This document shows, piece after piece, positions 12,227 to 24,905 of a DNA stretch of 64,000 nt. A program made the position numbers and the translations under genes. The stretch's first letter is position 1. Each line of letters opens with the position of its first letter. This DNA comes from Podospora anserina. Its lineage: Eukaryota. The DNA is taken from the NCBI GenBank assembly GCA_017654855.1, contig CM030333.1:2294001-2358000 (forward strand). Direction: 5' to 3'. The notes beneath the pieces were generated by a model. The model had not been told where the DNA came from. It saw nothing but the letters and a program-made list of their open reading frames with translations, and ran no database searches.

Positions 12227-15200
12227 GGCTGGATGGAGCTCCAGAGGGGCTTTGTCTGTTCGAGTCCAGCTGCAGGGTCGTCGCGTGGAGGGCAAGGATA
12301 ATGGTATCCATCAAAGAGGGCGATGTGACTTTGCTGTAGGAACCCGAGGATACATGATATCCGCAAAAAGAGCGTAATGATACTTTGCCATGACGAGAGA
12401 ATGCGGCACGTTCCCAGAGTTGCGTGAAACTTGCCCCGAGAGAAGGCCTGTTGGCCAATTGGTTGATACTGGATAGTGCCGAACCACCGTTGGCAGAGTG
12501 GCAAGTTGTGCCATGCCTTGTTCGGCTTAGGGTATGCCGTTGTTGGATATGCAAGGGTGCTATACCGCGACAAACCTTCAAGGTGCCCATCTTGATAGAT
12601 GTTGTCCTTGATGTCCCTACCAAGGCAACTTGAGGTTATTCCAACTCGGCTGATCATCAACAACTACGGTGACCCAACGCTCTGGGTCACTTTCGTTACG
12701 AGCTCGCCTGGTCAGCCCTGGTATTTCAGCTGGTATTGAAAGGTTTGCCCCGCAAAACCGCCGCGGAGAGTCGGCCCAATGCGGTTAGACTGTTGGTTTT
12801 ACTGCCACCCTTCAACCGTTTGGAGTTGGAATCTTGACTTCTTTTCTTTTCGCTTTCCAACATCGATATTTTGATCTTGTTGTACTTCAACTTCACGGGG
12901 TTACCGATGCAGCAATACATCTCGTGAGAGCTTCATGTTTCATTTCCATCAATTGGCCGGAGCGTATTCAGCTGGAGTCGGTTCCCAATCCGGAAGTCAT
13001 GGCGATACATCGCGTATTCGCGGCAACACATCAACTGCCTGTGACCGCAACTTGGAGTCCCTGATCTGGCTTAATTCCGATGCATCACAGGGCCACCTTC
13101 ACGCTACATCCCCTATGAAACACCTCTACGACTTTGCCGTCGTTTATTCCAAATGGCGGAGGCACAAACAAGCCGATTGCAAGATCGCCGTCACCCAAGT
13201 TTGGTACCAGCGCATGTGGTCAGCAGCTCTGCAGCAAAAGGGCGCGGCGCGGGGGGAAGCATTGCGAGCTATTAACCGACGCTGCCTCGGATTAGTGTTT
13301 CGATCTCGTCGGAAGCGTACCTATGCCACATCTTCGTACATACAGCCGAAGAAACCGTCGGATGCCGCCTTTGTCAGCTGTACCATCGACGTTGGAGTAG
13401 ATGACCTCTATCCCAATTGTCGTCAGCGGATTCAGAACCCGAACACCGATCTTTGCAACACCGAAATCCGATCATCAACCTGTTGTGCATGCTGTCACGA
13501 TGAAGTCAAATCCTAGTTGTGATCCCGTCGCTGCCTGTGACTCCCAGCCGATATGTTTTTCGCACTAAAAGATTACCCATTGGGGCGCAGCTGACTATTC
13601 TCTACCAGGACATGGAACTACCTAGTTTTGTTTTCCATCTTACGGCCCAAGCTCTCGTCGTCGGCAGCTATGACGTGTCGGCGTTGAACCCTCCTGTTCA
13701 TGGGAACATTCGAGCCCGGGAGATCCGCCCCAGTGGACGCCAGGGACTTCGCTAACGAAGCCCATGATGCCTAAACAGGAATCTTGTTCGTGCCTGGGTC
13801 GAACTGCCTCTCCCACATGGCCCCAGGCAACAATATGCTGTCAAAGGAGATGCAATATCTTCACCACAGTGAAGACGTCAAGGCCGAAGAGCGAGACAGT
13901 GCCGTCACCGACATCTGGCCCTCATGGAATCAAACGAAGAGCCCACTGCGCATACCCGGATCGCCCAGGAAAACCGGATGCCGAGGTAACATTGCGTCGA
14001 TACGAGCTTCTGGTCATGCCGTCAGGCTATCGAAAGTTCTTTCTTGTCACTGATAGAATCCCTCCAAACAGGCCGAGGGGAAGCACGTGAATATTGTTCT
14101 CAACGTTGAAGAAACTCAATGTGAAGCTTGAAGAATACTTCGGAGCTAACAGCTTTGGGGACGATATCGTCAGCAACTCACTTACATACGGTCTTGGCGC
14201 AAGCGGGAGATCTCCGAGTCGAAAAGTCTTGGCTTTCCATTCTTAACTACGACAAGCTTTCTCCCAGTCCGCTACCAGACTTGGGACCCGCCGTTCGGCC
14301 AACAAGCCACTCCCTCCCTTTCCTCAACACCGGTAGTCAATTGCACCCTGCCGAGTAGGTTGGTGCCACGCGCAATATTCTCACTAAGCCCTACGCATGG
14401 CTAATATCGGGTGTCACGTCAAACTAGCACCTCTAGCGTGACACAGGCGAATCAAGGTATGGTCTAAATAATGCTAGGGCACGGTAGAAGAGCCCTGTAG
14501 AGCTCATCGACTAGGCCCATGTCCCCCTGAGGCGAGTATTCCGTTAGCTTCCAGGCAGGTATTCATTGCCTGTCTTCGATGAAAGGTTTCGCCCCCAAAC
14601 AAATGAACACTTACAGATCAGCTGTGTAATTGTTCATGCAAGGACGTTTCCAGAGCCGAAATGTGGCGGCGGCAGAGCACGCAGTGCACATTGCAAATCA
14701 GGGATCGGTCGACACGATCGAAACAAGCTTCCGGCTTCATTATGGCCTGGCTTTGGAGGCTGTGGCACAACAACACCACGGGCATGGACATTTTAGTGGC
14801 CGCGGAGAAGCCAAAAGATTCCAACTTTGATGTTAGAGATGAGGTAAGCGACAATGTTATTGGCTGTGAATGCTGATCGGATTCACAAAACAGTGAGGGA
14901 AATACCACACGCACATCTAGATATGAGGAAGCAACCAATATCAGTGGACTTGATCTCTAGATTGGGAAGGCGACACCACAACACAGAAGAGTCACAGACT
15001 TGATATCTTGCATATCGCAAGGGTTCTCCCGTGACAGTCTCGGGGGGCGGAATCGGCTGTGATTGGGCGCCAGATCAGCAATTGAGGCTGAAGCAGGTAA
15101 GCCTTGGCTACATGATAGTACATATTCACATAACCATCAGGAGAACAGGAGTGGGTTTGAGGACGTCCAGAGAGGGCATAGGTGAAAGGAGGTTGCCGTC

Positions 15201-16051
15201 TCACCTGCAAAGATCACTAAACCAGCAGTGATTGGCAGAACAGTGCATGCTCTGGCTGTGTTTAGTTGACCGGATTACTCAACCCACTGGCTCTACTATT
15301 TCATTCCCGCACATGCTGCAAGGCCCCTGGAACCGATCTTACTCGATTTTCCCTCCAGTCTTTTGTTAGGTAATACTTTGGTACATGTGAAAACAAAGAT
15401 AGGATCAACTTTCCACCATTTGACCCCGGGCTAGGCAGGGATCTCGGAAGTGGGTGTAACGGTTGCTGAGTTAATCACCATTTTCCACGTTGCGGAGACA
15501 CACCCTTCTTTTTACTTGGCTACCTAGAGTAAACCCCGGACAATCGCACGGGGCGGCATTCTAGCGTACGGCGGTAGCTGCAAGCAAAGGACATCCGCCT
15601 CCCGAAGCTGTCATCCTGGGCGTCATGTTCTTCCCACACCTGGCTACCTGGCTGCTGCTTTACCTACACAAACTACTTAGCTGGTATGTCATCATGGAGG
15701 GGGGAGGAGGAGAAACGAGGGGTGATTGTGTGTGTTACTTCCAGCCACTCCATGTACGTAGAAAGGAACCTCGGAATTAAGAAGCGGGTATAAACTTGGG
15801 GGTGGTTGTGATGAGGGGGCGGAAGAAACTGGGTTACAGTATGGAGGAATATAACTTGAAGCTCCCTCCCTCACATGGAAGTTCGGATTCGGCTCGAGGG
15901 AGATTCAGCAAACAAGGTTTTGGTATAGCTATAAAAATATTGAAGTTGTGTGTTGAATACTGGGACATACTCTACCACTTACTACATCTTACCCTTTTTT
16001 CTTACGAGTTACCCAAACAAGATACCAACCACCATTTACTTCCAACCAAAA

Positions 16052-17160
16052 ATGGCAGACACTCTAAAGAGGACATTCCATGGTGAGTAAACCCCCTGCC
16101 AAGACTTTGTCATCAACCCCAACCTGCCTTACCTCACTCACACCCATCATCATCATCATCACCATTGTATCTTTCCCTCCCATTCGGAGGGACGGGAAAG
16201 CAATATACATGCATACACTTTCCTGACATCAGCTAACAACCACCCTTTTCCCCCACAGGCTGCCTAACCTGCCGCAAACGCAAAGTCCGCTGCCTCGGCG
16301 GCTCCCCCTCCTGCCAAAACTGCTCCCGCATGAACATCACCTGCCACTCCTCCTTCGAGACCAACCTCCGCATCAGGGTGTCAACGCCCACAGGACAAAA
16401 ACTGGTGGACAACAGGCCTGCCCCCCCTATCCGGGGACCTCGCCGTTGTTTACCGCAACCCCGGGCGGCAGCACCAGCACCAGCGTTTGACCACACCCAC
16501 CAACACCAACAAAACGAGACCTATCCCTCCATCACGTTCGAACCTCACTTTTCGTCGTTTTCCCTGTCTCAATCACCACCACCACCACCGACAGCGGGTT
16601 ATGGGCAGGGTCAGGGTGGTGGATTGGCTGTTCAAGTCCCACCACAGTATACCACCACCACTACTCCAGCAGCGGTTTCGATCCCTAGTTTCGACAACGG
16701 GCTGTACAACTGGAACAGCAGCTTTGACTTTTCGTGTGTAGATCCCAGCCTTGACCCCGGTTTTGGGAATGGATTCAACAATGGGGTTTCGGCGGGGATG
16801 GTGAACAGCAGCAGCACGATGGGGTACGGGGATTTGATGCCTGGACTGCTGTTGCCGCCTGGGTTTGCTACTTCGGCGCAGATGCCTGGGTTGGTGGTGG
16901 TATCGTCGGAGAGTGACTTTGGTGGTGGTGGTGGTGGTGTTTTTCTTCCGGGGGGGCAGGAAGGGACGAAGGAGTGGGTTCCTAAACGGAGGAAGAGGAG
17001 TAAGAAGGTTGTTGAGAAGGAGGGGGAGGGGGAGGGGGAGGGGGGTGGGTGGTCGTATCACAGGTGAGTTTTGAAGAGGCTATGGATTCTTTTGGCCTTG
17101 TTGGTGGTGATGCAATCTGGCTAACAAGTCGATAGACCACAGCCTTACCACTTGGCATAG
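16052..17160 (+). CDS. Zn(II)2Cys6 fungal transcription factor, short; 3' end uncertain
   Basis: MADTLKRTFHG|CLTCRKRKVRCLGGSPSCQNCSRMNITCH (six Cys) across intron 16084-16258. P/Q/G-rich region and basic NLS PKRRKRSKK. Intron about 17064-17135, then TAG 17158-17160. Confidence 0.75.
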
Positions 17161-17596
17161 CCAGTTTTTTCTTGAAAGTCAACATAGTCCAGAAGGGCTC
17201 CAGTCACGGAGAAGGTATAAATTTGGTACCAGCTAGCTCATGCCATGATGCTCTGATGAGGGCTCAGCCATGGGAGACGACCACCCCGTGTGCTCAGACC
17301 AGAGCTTGCAGCATTTTTACCGCCTACCGCAGCGAGAGGGGACACATTGAGGATAACAGCGACACGGAAACCGAGGGAGAAATGATAACCGCCCCTCTTT
17401 CACGTTGGTGAAAGCAATGTTTTCCCGTTGCATGACATGATCCGCTGTTGAACTACACGCGAGCACCGATCAAGACCACCAGCCGGGCGCAGAAGGGAAA
17501 CCAGTTCCACCAGTTGCCTTCGAAACTCGAGTACACGCAGCGGGGGCATCCGAGAGGTCAAGATACCAGGGAGGTTGAGGAGGAGTTGAGAAAGGT

Positions 17597-17630
17597 GGGA
17601 TGGGATGGGATGGGATGGGATGGGATGGGA
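17597..17630. repeat. (GGGAT)n pentanucleotide microsatellite
   Basis: gggatgggatgggatgggatgggatgggatggga. Confidence 0.85.
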
Positions 17631-18011
17631 GGGGAGTCGGAATCCCGCGATCGAGCCATCTTAAAGTATGACTGTGAGAGAGACGGGGTTCGAAGCTGAC
17701 AAGAAGAAGAGAGACATGAAGTGTGGTATATCAGACGAGATGAATAGATATAAACCTTTTGCAATTATCCGTGTTCTACAACTTGGCGCACACAGTAAAA
17801 ATCGTTTGTTTACGCAACTTTACGTTTCAACCCGTTACGCCGAAATCAAATTTTAGCGGGGGCACACTTCCACTTATACATTTTTTCTCACCACCCGCTC
17901 TCCTCTCACTCACCCCACTACTCATATTAATCTCACTCACCACTCACTCTCACCATCCATACCTCCAAAATTCTACCCCCCTTTCACCCCCAATATTTCA
18001 CACCCGCAAAC

Positions 18012-18668
18012 ATGACAAGAACCCTCCCAAACATAATCCTAACCGGCACCCCAGGCACAGGCAAAACAACCCACGCCTCCCTCCTAGCCGAGCGCACCCC
18101 CCTCCGGCACCTCTCCATCAACGACGTCGTAAAAGACAAGGGCTGCCACGAGGGCTTCGACGAAGAATACCAGTCCTGGATCGTAGACGAGGACAAGCTC
18201 CTCGACGCGATCGAGGAGCAGGTCAAGGAAGGGGGGTGGATCATCGACTGGCATGCCTGCGACCTCTTCCCCAAGAGCTGGGTTGACTTGGTGGTTGTGT
18301 TGCGCGCCGGGACGGAGGTGTTGTTTGATCGGTTGAGTAAACGGTAGGTTATCCCCTCCCCCTCCCCCCCTTCCTCTGGATTTGGAGGGTACATGTCTGG
18401 AAAGGGAGGGGGGAAAGAGTGGTGTGGGACAGGGCAGGAGGAAGATGAATTGATCGCTGACGGGAAGAATAGAAACTACCCCGACCACAAACTCCAAGAA
18501 AACCTCGACAGCGAAATCATGGACGTCCTCCTCCAAGAAGCCCGCGACAGCTACGACGAGGAGATCGTCGTCGAGCTCCAGTCCGGCGACGCCGACGAGC
18601 TAGAGGCAAATGTCGAGAGGATTGAGGCTTGGCTGGAGCAGTGGAAGAAGGATAATAACCAAAATTAA
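18012..18668 (+). CDS. FAP7: Adenylate kinase 6 / Fap7 (hCINAP family)
   Basis: NIILTGTPGTGKTT, WIVDEDKLLD, IIDWHACDLFPKSWVDLVVVLR, NYPDHKLQENLDSEIM. One intron about 18344-18472. Confidence 0.95.
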
Positions 18669-19859
18669 CTTGTCTTTTCCTTATCAAAATTGGAGTTGGG
18701 ATGGCATGGGGAAATTTGATGGGTCACATTTTTCACATGACGATTGGTTTTCAGTACCTTAGCTAAGGAAAGTAAAATTTTCAAAACCATGAGACACACA
18801 TTCTCCCTGACTTAAACTGTGTGAAATATCAACATCAAGATGGCTGCAGCGAGTGAGTGAGTCGTCGGGCATCAAACCGTTCATCTCATATCAGAATGCA
18901 TTAAACGAGGTTTTCAGTAAGATTTTATATGGCGTAATGATACATGGCAATTACCAAAGTTACAGCCACTCAGCTCGTCCAGAACCTATCAATGACAACA
19001 GACGATGATCTCAGCAACATCAATCATAGAATATTCAAAATCCTAAATCCTCTCCTTATATAAGAGGATTATCTATGCACCTTATACAACCCCTACTTCC
19101 TCTACATGCACCCACCCAAGCACTTCAAGTAAAAATCAAGAATAAAACCACGAAACCATCAATCATCTTTCATGCTCTTCTTGCTTCTACTACCTACACA
19201 ACAACTAAACACCACACAGCTAGCTACAAGAAACAACACCCTTCCCCTCCTCTGTTTGGCCAAACAGAAAAAAAAAAGAAGAAAAAAAACAGAACCAATG
19301 CCCCAACCGGGCCAGCCAGCAGTAAAGCAAGCCTCTTCTTCCTCCTTCCCTCCTCCAACAAGTCTAACACCCAACAACAATTATCATATCTATTTAATAT
19401 TTTTCCTCCCTTTACCAAACCAACCAACCCATCAATCCATCCATCTTCCAACGCCAACCCCCATCCCCCAACTGCCGACTCAACTTTGTAAAAAGGTATG
19501 TATTGTAATTTTATCCTCATGAAACCACCACTATAACAACACACCCCATATGTAGTGTATCCGTGGCATAAATTTTCACACTCACCCCAACCACCCCTAC
19601 TTCTCTCAACTACTAACCAAACCACCTCACCCCCCGTTCCTGCGCAAGAACAAACCCCCCTCCCACCCCCCCTTCATCCGCTGTTACTCCTAGACTTCAG
19701 CATAACATTCCTGGCGGCGGGCGGCACCGGTCCATTATTCCCACTCCCATTCCTCCACGAACTCAACAGCACACTCGCCGGCCTCTGATGATGATGGCTC
19801 GACCCCCCCGGAGACGGCTGCTGTTGTTGATGAAAACCCAGAAACGAGCGAGGAGCCAC

Positions 19860-22800
19860 CTAGGCGCTCGCCTGTATCGATCCCGGGCCCTCCTCCATCT
19901 CCTGAAGATCATTCATGCTGTGCGTGTCAAAGTCGCCCGCCTGCGACCCAAACTCGAGCTTCTCCTGCTGGGCAATAGCCTGCTGGGAGACAATCTCGGC
20001 CAGGCGCTTCAACCGTGGGGTTTGGAGCCCTATTCATCATTAGTTAGCAGACATTCTCACTTGTACCCTCACGGGAAAAAAAAAAAAAAAACTCACAAGA
20101 CGGCGTATAAGTCTCCAAAGCAGTAATCACTCTCGGCTCCGCAATCTCATACGGCCCGCTGTCGTCCATATCGACAGCCTGCAGCAGCAACACATCGCTC
20201 TTCTCCGTCACCCTCGACGCCACCGCCTTCATAATCTCGCCATTGATCGGCTGCTCGTAATCCGCCACCAGGTACTGGTTCAGCAGCTTCTGGATCTGGT
20301 TGGGCGACAGCATCCAGCAAATGTCCTGAATGATCTCGATGTCGTTGAGCGTCGCCTTCTTGAGCTGCAACAGCTTGGTCGCCTGCATCAAGTGCTCCAG
20401 CTGGAGCGTCCCCTCGGGCATGTCGTGGCTCTTGCACCACTCCTCGATACGGGTGATGTTGTAGTTGATCTGCAGACCACGCTTCCAAGAGAGGAAGTTG
20501 CGGCGCATGAGCAGATCGTTGAACGCCGTCACGCCAACAAGCCTGAGCAGCTCGGTGATGGTCTGGGTAATGATGGAATCCTCAAGGTAGTAAGCCTTCA
20601 TGGCGCGGAAGACGCTGTTAAGAAGCGACAGCAAGTTATCCATGCTGTACGCGGGAGCAGAGTTGCCCTGCAAAAGCTTGCCAAGGAACCTGTTGTTTTC
20701 GTTCGTGACGAAGCCCGGCAGGGACTGCGACTCGATGATGGCGGGCACAATCATCTTGTTAAGCTTCTTCTTGAGTACCTTCATCCAGGTGTGGTAAATG
20801 TTGAACTCGAGACTCTCGAGATCGTGCTTGACAATCTCCAACAGGCGGTCATACTCGTAGTTGTCCGTCTTTTGGGCCTCGTACCAGTCCTCGGCGAGGA
20901 AGACAAAAGACAGCATCTCGTGGACGTTGGAGAGCCAGAACGCACCGGGGTTGATAGCCTCCTCGTCGTCGTGGTTCATCACCTCCTGCTGAATCGACTG
21001 CATGACGTTGGCAAGGAACCGCTCCGACTCCTTGACGAAGCCGTTGTTCCACATCTCGGACGTCACCAAGTTGATGAGATACGAAGGGAAAAGGACCTCC
21101 TTGTCGGTAGGGGCAGGGTTGCTGGATGGCGAAGGGATCTTGAGGTTGCGAATAAGGCCAATGGTGACCTCCTGGTTCAGGCCCTCCTCATCGGCAAGGA
21201 GACCTTCCAACTCCATCTCGATGCTATCAATACCGGGAATAAATGTCGAACCGGAAAGAGTAGTCTGGCGGTTCATGCCAGGAACAGCCATGGAGACAGG
21301 GCGGGGGTTGTAGGCCATGCTGTACCTATCCATCTCGCGAGGCTCTGCACCCGCACTCCGTCTCTTGGGCTTCTTGGACGACACCAGATTGATGAGACCG
21401 GCCGGCGCAGCAGACGCCGGTCCGTTCCCGTTGACAAGCTCGCCGTTGACGGGAGCAGCTCTTCTAGCCTGCTCCAGTGCCTCTTGAAGCTCAGCAATCT
21501 GTTGCCTGAGCGAGTTCTTCTCAACCTCGGACTGCTCGCTCTGCTGGCGCGCAGCCTCAAGCTCCTCGTTGGTAGCGCGGAGGCTCTCCCGAAGTTGTCG
21601 CTCCTCCTCTTGCATCCTCTTCACATTCGCCGTCGACTCCTCAAAGCTAGTCTGCAGCTTCTTCATCTCCGCCTCCATAGCCTCCAGACGAGCAGCCGCA
21701 ATACCAGCCTGGTTGGCCTCAGTCTGCAGCTCCTTCGTCCTAGCCTCCAGAGCATTGTGCCTATTTCTCCAAATGGCAACCTGCCCTTCATAGTTCTCCA
21801 CCTGCACCTTCAACTCCTTGTTCTGCGCCTTCATGGTACCCAAAGACTGCGTCAACTCAACGACCTTGTTCTCCAGCTTGTAAGAGATCTGCTTCAAGTC
21901 ACGAGCCTCGGCACGGACAACCTTGTACTCCTTCCGAGCAGTCTTGCCACGCCACAAGCTCTGCACAATGACAATCTTGCGGCGGTAGTCTCTCCAGGCA
22001 CGAAGCTGTTGTCTCGAGCGCCAGTTGCGCTGAATGATAAGAACAGCGTTGCCAACCCGGGTCTCCATGATCTCCTTGCGGCGCAGATAACCCTTAATAG
22101 CGGCCTGAGCGCGAATGACATCGTTGCGGATAACGAGGAACTCTCTCCTCTGCTTGAAACCACGCCAGTTCTTTTGGATGGTAACCGCAGCCCTGATCGT
22201 CCGCAGCTCCTGAGCCTCCTTGCGGGCCCTGTAGCCCCGGAAGAGAGCCTGGAAGCTGACAATGGCACCCCTGGCAGCAAGATACTTCTTGCGGTAGTAC
22301 TTGGCCTTGAGGTTCTTTTGAATGAGAATGGCGCAGTCGTTGAGACGGGTCGTCCTCAGGTTCTCCAAAAAGGCAAGCATACCCGCCCTGAAGAAGATCT
22401 TGGTCAGACCCATCTGGTACTTGTCCATACCCGGGGCCACCTTGTTGGCGCCGAGGGCCTTGGTCAGGATGGCATCGGCCATCTGCCTAATTTCCGAGGT
22501 CCATTGCTGCGACGGCACCAACATGTAGTACCGCAGCGCAAACTCCTCATACGTCCACCTCGTGGGGTAACCCGCACAACTAATACGGACTGTTTCGAGA
22601 ACACCGCAGGCGCGGAGCTGGCTGAGAACCATGGGGCCCTCAAACTTCCACGCCTCCTTGGCCTCGTTGGGCTTGATACATCTGATGTAGTGCACATCAG
22701 TGCTGTTGATGGTGGTCATGAGCTCGATCAGCGAGGACTTGAAGATGCCTCCCAGAGTGGGCTTGCGGTTGACGGCGACGCCAATTCTCCTACCGGCCGC

Positions 22801-24905
22801 CGGCTTCACCGCATTAGAGCTTGCCTGGGCGAGGTCCTTCTCCCGCACCGCCGACGCGGCATCCAACACCTGGCCGAGGAACGCATTGGTCGACGCGCGC
22901 AGTACCGCCATGTGTTCGTCGGGAACCGTGTCACGGTTCTTTTCTATGAAACCGTCCGACTCATACGTGACGTCGATGGCATAGTGGCAGACGGTGAAAG
23001 ACGACTTGCCGAACCTTGGCTTCTTGTAGAACTTGTGCTTGTCGGCAGCATAGTTGTGGTGGAGCTTGGTGACAAACTGCTCATCAGATCCCATAGGCAG
23101 CCTGGATTCTTCATCAAGGAGAGAAAGAATACCGAGCTTGCCCTCAATCAAATCGATACAGGGCTGGTTATCCGCGAAATCAATAAAGGTCCAGTCGATC
23201 TTCTCCCTAAGATACTCCTCCTGCTCAAGCTTGAAGACGTGCTGGTTGAACTCTTGCTGCAGCTTCTCGTTGGCATAGTTGATGCAGAACTGCTCAAACG
23301 AGTTCTTGGCGAAATGTTCGAAACCGTAAATATCGAGCACACCGATAAACGACTTGACCCTGCTGAGAACCTCCTCGGTCGCCAAGCTCCTGTTTATAAT
23401 CTCCACCAGCCAGTCGAACAAGCTAGAGTAGATGAACTTGGCCACGGAATCCCTGACAACGATAGCCTGAGCTTGCGACAGGTTCGAAGTGATCTTCTCG
23501 CCACGAGTGACAAGCTGCTTCTTGACAATCCACTTGGCAAACTCGGGGGCATCAATACCGAGAATCTCGCAAGCCTTGACCAACGATGGCTCCGTCGCAG
23601 CGAGCACGCTTTCCGTCCTGGACGCCCCGATCTTGACGTTGCCGAGGTGGAGCAAACCAGCAAGCAGCTTAAAGATCTCGGCCTGCTCGCCCTCACTCAC
23701 ACCAATCGTCGTCAGCGACTGCTTCGTCGCCTTGAATTCCGCCTTGTCGTCCACGCCGTCAATCGTCGGGGTGTTGCCCTGGTTGAGGTAGTCAAACTGC
23801 TCAATAGGCAGCAGACCCAGCTCCTGGCGCTCCTTGTCCGTCACACCGGCTACGAGCTGGTAGAAAATGTGATAATTCCTCTCCTTGAGCGGCTGGAAGA
23901 CCAATCTCGACCGTTCCAGCAAATATGTCCTGATCTTAGCTCCGATAATATTTGTTTCCTTGTCGAACATGATTTCAATGTACTTTCCGAACCGCGAGGA
24001 GTTGTCGTTTCTCGTCGTCTTGGCGTTACCGAAGGCTTCCATGATGGGGTTGGTGGCCAGGATAGCCTCTTCGGTCTTGCTCATCGCCTCTGGGCCCTTC
24101 TTTGCCCTCGATCCCGGGCTGTCTGATGGATGTCTTGTCGCGAAGTATCGCATGATGTACTTGGCGCTGACAGTTTTACCAGCACCGGACTCACCAGACA
24201 CGACGATGGTCTGGTTCTTGTTGTCGCGCAGCATGTCCCTATTCCCAGCGTCAGCCAACCGCCTGTGTCCCAAACCTCGCATCCACCGCGGGTCCCTACA
24301 TGAAAGCTTCCTCAGCAATGGCAAACAGGTGAGGAGCTTGTGTGGCTCTCTGCTTCCCGGCATATACTTGCACCATGCCAGGTACGTAGAGGGAATCGAC
24401 GCGAGCAAAGGGGTTGGTTGCTATCAGCACAATACCGGAGTATGTGTAGATCTCTTTTTGGAGGTATCGAAGGCGAATGGCCTGCAGAACTGTATTCCGG
24501 CAAATATCGTCAGCATGCTGTTGCCTCGTGCCATCTCTCCATCCTCCACCGCCATATCATCTTTGGGCTATTTACCGGCAGGCTCGTTGAGATGGGAAAG
24601 ATTTGTCAAATCATCGCTGGCTTCGAGCATGGTAGGGTTCATCAGAGGAGGTAAGGACGGGTCGTTGCCGGACTGGAGGGCCTCCAGCGAGACCTCAAGT
24701 TCCTTGGTCTGCAAACACAACAGAAGTCAGCGTTTTGGATGAGCTTCCAGCGAGTATCAAAGCTGCCTACCTCGTCATTTTCTAACCGGAAGATGAGCTT
24801 GACTTTGTCCCCATCTACCGTCTTCTTGACAACCTCAGACGCAACCCAGCCCTCGGTTGCGTCGGGCTGCCACGCTCGCGTGCCAACATCATAACTCTCA
24901 GACAT
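19860..24905 (-). CDS. MYO2: Class V myosin
   Basis: MSESYDVGTRAWQPD…; motor motifs GESGAGKT, NDNSSRFGK, LDIYGFE; IQ repeats, coiled coil and dilute (DIL) tail NFLSWKRGLQINYN. Last exon WLQTPRLKRLAEIVSQQA…QASA then TAG 19860-19862. About 4 introns. Confidence 0.95.

Noticed and set aside
14618-14938. PVVLLCHSL motif suggesting an alpha/beta-hydrolase remnant
   Set aside because: It lacks the GxSxG continuation and any other supporting motif.
20392-24126. 1244-aa ORF on the + strand, plus similar long antisense ORFs over SER3, NAP1 and the formin
   Set aside because: Antisense shadows of strongly codon-biased genes, with no motifs.
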